Shown piece after piece: positions 59,211 to 64,000 of a DNA stretch of 64,000 bases. Both the position numbers and the translations under genes were made by a program. The stretch is taken from NCBI RefSeq assembly GCF_028641065.1, contig NW_026576641.1:434001-498000 (forward strand), in the 5' to 3' direction. This stretch comes from Leucoraja erinacea (taxonomy: Eukaryota). Position 1 is the first letter of the stretch. Every line of letters begins with the position of its first letter. Below the pieces are notes generated by a model. It was given only the letters and a program-made list of their open reading frames with translations, was not told the origin of the DNA and made no database searches.

Positions 59211-60418
59211 CCGTCCTTTTTGTACAATTCACCTTTCCCCAAAACAGATGTCAGTGGTTTAAGAATCTAAATCCCTGCTTCCCGCACCAGCTCCTCAGCC
59301 ACACATTCAGATCCTCTATCTCCCTGTTCCTGCCCTCACCATCACAAGGACCTGCAAACTCTCCGGGAGCTCCGGTTTCCTCCTGCACTCGAGAGACCTA
59401 CAGGATTATAGGTTAATTGGCTTGGTGAAATAGTATATACACCCTAGTGTGTGTAAACTGTTGACAATAGACAATAGGTGCAGGAGTAGGCCATCCGGCC
59501 CTTTGAGCCAGCACCGCCATTCAATGTGATCATGGCTGATCATCCCCAATCAGTACCCCGTTCCTGCCTCCTCCCCATATCCCCTGACTCCGCTATCTTT
59601 AAGAATCCTATCTAGCTTTCTCTTGAAAGCATCCAGAGAACCGGCCTCCACCGCACTCTGAGGCAGAGAATTCCACAGACTCACAACTCTCTGGGTGAAA
59701 AAGTGTTTCCTCGTCTCCGTTCTAAATGGCTTACCCCTTATTCTTCAAATGTGTGACCCCTGGTTCTGGACTCCCCCAACATCTTGGTTTCTTAGTTTCT
59801 TGGTCCTCCAAAATATTCCAAATGGAATTGGAGGTGGTGGAGGGAGGACTTAAGCCAGAAAGGGTTTTTGGGAAGAAAGAGCTACCTTAAATTTAGTTGT
59901 ATCTGGTTGGGAACATGTTTCCTGCCTCTAGCGTGTCCAAACCCTTAATAATGTTATATGTTTCAATAAGATATCCTCTCATCCTTCTAAACTCCAGACA
60001 AGCACAGCCGCTCCATTCTCTCAGCATATAACAGTCCCGCCATCCCGGGAATTAACCTGGTGAACCTACGCTGCACTCCCTCAATAGCAAAAATGTCTGA
60101 AGAAGGGTCTCGACCCGAAACGTTGCCTATTTCCTTCGCCCCATTGATGCTGCCTCGCCCGCTGAGTGTCTCCAGCATTTTTTGTCCACCAGCAAGAATG
60201 CCCTTCCTCAATTTAGGATTTTGTAAGTGCCTGGGGATGGCTGGCTAGTGCGGACTCGGTGGGCCGAAGGGCCTGTTTCCGCGCTGTATCTCTAAACTAG
60301 ACTAAACTAACCTCATGACGATGGGACGCCGTGAAACTCTTCTGTGGAGTGTAGAGAGGAAACTTGTAGGCGGGCCGAGAGTTACATGGTCATTCTCTCT
60401 GTCTCTGTCTCTGTATCT

Positions 60419-60506
60419 AATTTCCATTCCTCAAAGAGCTTCCCTTTCCGATTACATCACGCCTCCCCTTGTATCTTTTTTTCTTTCCAAGTCCCAGCGT
60501 ATATAA
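60419..60506 (+). promoter_or_regulatory. Gene 4 core promoter: TATA box with NFAT-like and ATF/CRE-like sites
   Basis: TATATAA at 60500-60506; TTTCC(A) at 60421, 60445 and 60484; TTACATCA at 60452-60459. Confidence 0.55.
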
Positions 60507-60619
60507 GGAGTGGGTCTGCTGTGACCGAACACATACACACAAGCTCACACAAACGGACTCGAGAGACAGGCAGAGAGGCGACGAGGGAGAAGCAGCAGCG
60601 AACTTTCTACACAACGAGC

Positions 60620-60793
60620 ATGGAACAAGACAAGATGTCGCTGGACGCGGAGAAGGGGACTATCGTGGTGGTCAGAGAATCGAGGGGTAGAGGCTGCTTC
60701 TGGCAGTCTCTGTGCGCCCTGACGCTCCTCGCCTTGGTGGCCCTCGCTACCTACACCATACTCCATCAGATGAAGGCAGTCCCAACATACGTG
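60620..60793 (+). CDS. TNF-superfamily ligand gene 4, exon 1 (cytoplasmic tail and type II TM)
   Basis: agcATGG Kozak. MEQDKMSLDAEKGTIVVVRESRGRGCFWQSLCALTLLALVALATYTILHQMKAVPTYV; GTAAGT donor, phase 0. The C(F/L)WxxLC...(T/A)Y pattern is shared with gene 3 exon 1. The THD lies outside the window, so family assignment is by analogy. Confidence 0.78.
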
Positions 60794-60879
60794 GTAAGTG
60801 ACAGAGTTAGAGTGATCGTTCGCCCCCTACTCTCGCCCCGCTCCCCCCCACAACAATCTTAGCTTAGCTTTGCTTAGAC

Positions 60880-61150
60880 ATACAGCGCGGAAACAGGCCC
60901 TTCGGCCCAGCGAGTCCGCGCCGACCAGCGATCCCTACACACACACACACACTTCGGGAGACAATTTACAATGTTACCTAGGCCATTTAACCTAGAAACC
61001 CGTACGTCTTTAGAGTGTGGGAGGGGACCGGAGCAACCGGAGAAAACCCACGCGGGTCACTGTGAGAACTTGCAAACTCCGTACAGACAGCACCCGTGGT
61101 CGGGATCGAACCCGGATCTCTGGCGCTGCGAGGCGGCAACTCTACCGGCC
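60880..61150 (-). mobile_element. V-SINE/HE1-like SINE, antisense, gene 4 intron 1
   Basis: Reverse complement of the SINE at 61913-62226. Confidence 0.75.
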
Positions 61151-61912
61151 CGTTACTTGAAGAAGGGTCCCGTCCAGAAATGTAGCCAATCTGAGATGCT
61201 TCCTCGAATCGCTGAGTTACTCCGGCACTTTGTGGCTGTCTTTGTAAACCAGCAACTGCAGTGCTTTAACTCTGCCAGCGAGAGAGTCTAGGACCAGAGG
61301 GCACAGCCTCAGAAAAAAAGGAGATGAGGATGAATTTCTTTAGTCAGAGGGTGGTGGAGCCCAAGTCAATGGATATTTTTTTAAACCAGGATAGATAGAT
61401 TCTGTCAGGGGGGTTTCACTCAGAGAGTTGTGAGTCTGTGGAATTCTCTGCCTCAGGTGGGGGCCGGTTCTCTGGATGCTTTCAAGAGAGAGTTAGCTAG
61501 GGCTCTTAAAGATAGTGGAGTCAGGGGATATGGGGAGAAGGCAGGAACGGGGTACTGATTGGGGATAATCAGCCATTATCACTTGAATGGCGGCGCTGGA
61601 TCGAAGGGCCGAATGGTCTACTCCTGCACCTGTTGTCTATTGTCTATTGAGATGGGGAGAAGGCAGGAGAATGGGGTTGTGTGGGGAAAGATAGATCAGC
61701 CACGATTGAATGGCGGAGGCGGGCCAAAGGGCACAATTCTACTCCTATGACATCAAGTTACATCGTGAACACTACGGAGACTGGCCCTTCGGCCCGCCTT
61801 GTCCATGCCGACCAAGTAGGCATATTGGCTAATTCCATTAGGCCCATAGTTGTCTAAACCTTTCCTATCCATACGTACGAATGCATTTTAAAATATTACA
61901 ATCCCAATCCTC

Positions 61913-62226
61913 GGGCGGTCACGGTGGCGCAGCGGTAGAGTTGCTGCCTCACAGCGAATGCAGCGCCGGAGACCCGGGTTCGATCCCGACTACGGGTGCT
62001 GTCTGTACGGAGTTTGTTCGTTCTCCCCATGACCTCGAGATCTTCGGTTTCCTCCCACACTCCAAAGACGTACAGGTTTGTAGTTTAAGTGGCCTTGGTG
62101 TAAATGTAAAAATTGTCCCTAGTGTGTGTAGGATAGTGTTAGTGTGCGGGGATCCCTGGTCGGCGCGGACGGACCCGGTGGGCCGAAGGGCCTGTTTTCG
62201 CGCTGTATCTCTAAACTAAACTAAAA
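61913..62226 (+). mobile_element. Full-length tRNA-derived V-SINE/HE1-like SINE
   Basis: Pol III A box TGGCGCAGCGG, B box GGTTCGATCCC, central gtgctgtctgtacggagtttg domain, and LINE-like tail gggccgaagggcctg...(ctaaa)n. Confidence 0.85.
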
Positions 62227-62719
62227 TTGAATTGTATCAACCTGTATAGCTTCCTCTGGCAGCTCATTCCAGATAACCTCGCAGTGAAAATAACTGCTCC
62301 TGAGGTCCCTCTTAAACTCCCCCCCACACACACACAACACACACACACACACCGCCACCCTCTTATTTTAAGCCTTATCTGAATAAGAAGCCTCTTAAAT
62401 ATACTTTTATCCCGCACCCCAAAGACGTACAGGTTTGTGGGTTAAATGGCTTGGGTAAAATTGAACCACACAATTTATTTCCCCCCTCGGTGAATGAGAG
62501 AATTCTGTAAGTTTGTATTGAGAATCCTTTAATCCTGGAGGGGAAATGGATCAAATGCTTTCGAGGCTTCTCTAACGCGAGTCCCGTTGAAGACCAGCTG
62601 TTTGTCACGGGTTTGGCCCTGTCCAAACACGGCCTGTGTCCTGCAGACCCGGGCTAGAAGGGGCAGGGGGGTCCATCTGGGCAAAATTACGTATTTTAAC
62701 ACTGTCTCGTTTTCCACAG

Positions 62720-62771
62720 GACGCGGTGCAGAGCTCGGAGATCGCATCTGCAAGCTTCCAGACAAGTAACG
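62720..62771 (+). CDS. Gene 4, exon 2 (52 nt)
   Basis: tctcgttttccacag acceptor, DAVQSSEIASASFQTSN+G, GTGAGT donor; phase 0 to 1 as in genes 2 and 3. Confidence 0.72.
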
Positions 62772-62929
62772 GTGAGTGTACCTTATACACACACACACAG
62801 AGTGGCTCCCCTCCCTCCAGCGCTGTCTAACCCCCCCCCCCCCCCCCCCCCCTCCCCTCCCCGCCACCGACTTGCTGCTCACTCTCCAGGTTCCTAGTAT
62901 CGTTTGCGTCCTTTCTTTCGCTGCCCCTT

Positions 62930-63765
62930 TACTGGAATGTTGCCTGGGTTTCAGCAACTAAGGTTGAACAAGTTAGGTCTTTATTCTTTGGAGCGCAGAA
63001 GGTTAAGGGAACACTTGATAGAGCTCTTTAAAATGATGAGAGGGATAGACAGAGTACACGTGGATAAGCTTTTCCCATTGAGAGTAGGGAAGATTCAAAC
63101 AAGAGGACATGGTTTGAGAATTAAGGGACAGAAGTTTAGGGGTAACATGAGGGGGGACTTCTTTACTCAGAGTGTGGTAGCTGTGTGGAATGAGCTTCCA
63201 GTGGAAGTGGTGGAGGCAGGTTCGATTTTATAATTTAAAAATAAATTGGCTAGGTATATAGACGGGAAAGGAATGGATGGTTATGGTCTGAGTGCAGGTA
63301 GATGGGATTAGGTGAGAGTAAGTGTTCGTCACGGACTACAAGGGCCGAGAGGGCCTGTTTCCGTGCTGTAATTGTTATATGGTTATACGGTCTCTCTCTT
63401 TCCTGCCCAGTCCAATCCATCATGGTTCCAGCCCCATTTCCCCTTTTAGGAATAAGGGGTAAGCCATTTCGAACGGAGATGAGAAAACACTTTTTCACAC
63501 AGAGAGTTGTGAGTCTGTGGGATTCTCTGCCTCGTTTTTAAGGCAGAGATAGATAGATTCTTGATCAGTGGAGCGGTGGAGGCCGGTTCTCTGGATATTT
63601 TCAAGAGGGAGCTAGATATGGTTCTTAAAGACAGTGGAGTCAGGGGATATGGGGAGAAGGCAGGAACGGGGTACTGATTGGGGATGATCAGCCATGATCA
63701 CATTGAATGGTGGTGCTGGCTCGAAGGGCCGAATGGCCTCCTCCTGCACCTGTTGTCTATTGTCT
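62930..63765 (+). mobile_element. Two CR1-type LINE 3' fragments
   Basis: LGLYSLERRRLR...KIQTRGHGLRIKG (62930-63390) and a standard CR1 end (63450-63765). Confidence 0.82.
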
Positions 63766-63929
63766 GCTGTCTATTCTCACTTCTTCCTTGTCTGAAGAAG
63801 GGTCTCGACCCGAAACGTCTCCCATTCCTTCTCTCCTGAGACGCTGCCTGTCCCGCTGAGTTACTCCAGCTTTTTTGTGTCTATCTTCCCTCAGCCACTC
63901 CTATTTTCGCTTCTCTCTTACCCCCCCCC

Positions 63930-63969
<40 letters not shown>

Positions 63970-64000
63970 TTTCGTTCAATTATCGGGTGAAGGCGACACC

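Noticed and set aside
60344-60619. N-terminal extension of gene 4 suggested by ORF 60344..60862
   Set aside because: Starts at a non-ATG codon upstream of the TATA box; the ATG at 60620 has good Kozak context and gives a typical TNF-like leader.
61913-61995. tRNA gene
   Set aside because: The A and B boxes belong to the tRNA-derived head of a SINE, which continues into SINE body and tail and has several degenerate copies in the window.

Overview
This is vertebrate genomic DNA, not prokaryotic. The repeats (HE1/V-SINE-like tRNA-derived SINEs, dense CR1 LINE 3' fragments, Rex1-like LINEs, Penelope-like GIY-YIG elements, a Tc1 transposon and Harbinger MITEs) point to a cartilaginous fish, probably a skate or ray (inference). 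Among the repeats is a head-to-tail + strand array of four TNF-superfamily ligand genes that the ORF track only catches in pieces. Gene 1 is represented by its terminal TNF-homology-domain (THD) exon only, 2338-2777. Gene 2 is complete (4 exons, 25550-28788, 237 aa) and so is gene 3 (4 exons, 36517-44150, 234 aa). Gene 4 has exons 1-2 in the window (60620-62771) and continues past the end. All introns read are GT-AG, and genes 2 and 3 show TNF-type phases 0/1/1. The proteins mix TNF-alpha-like, lymphotoxin-alpha-like and lymphotoxin-beta-like features. Non-coding highlights: identical kB-site/10 bp/TATA spacing in the promoters of genes 2 and 3; a 351-bp-arm inverted duplication that doubles an IFN-beta-like IRF+NF-kB element; minimal hammerhead-ribozyme-like motifs in the Penelope-like elements; several tandem arrays derived from transposons; and a nested DNA transposon with target-site duplications. 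Five N gaps are present. Orthology calls and regulatory functions are inferences made by eye, and repeat boundaries are approximate.
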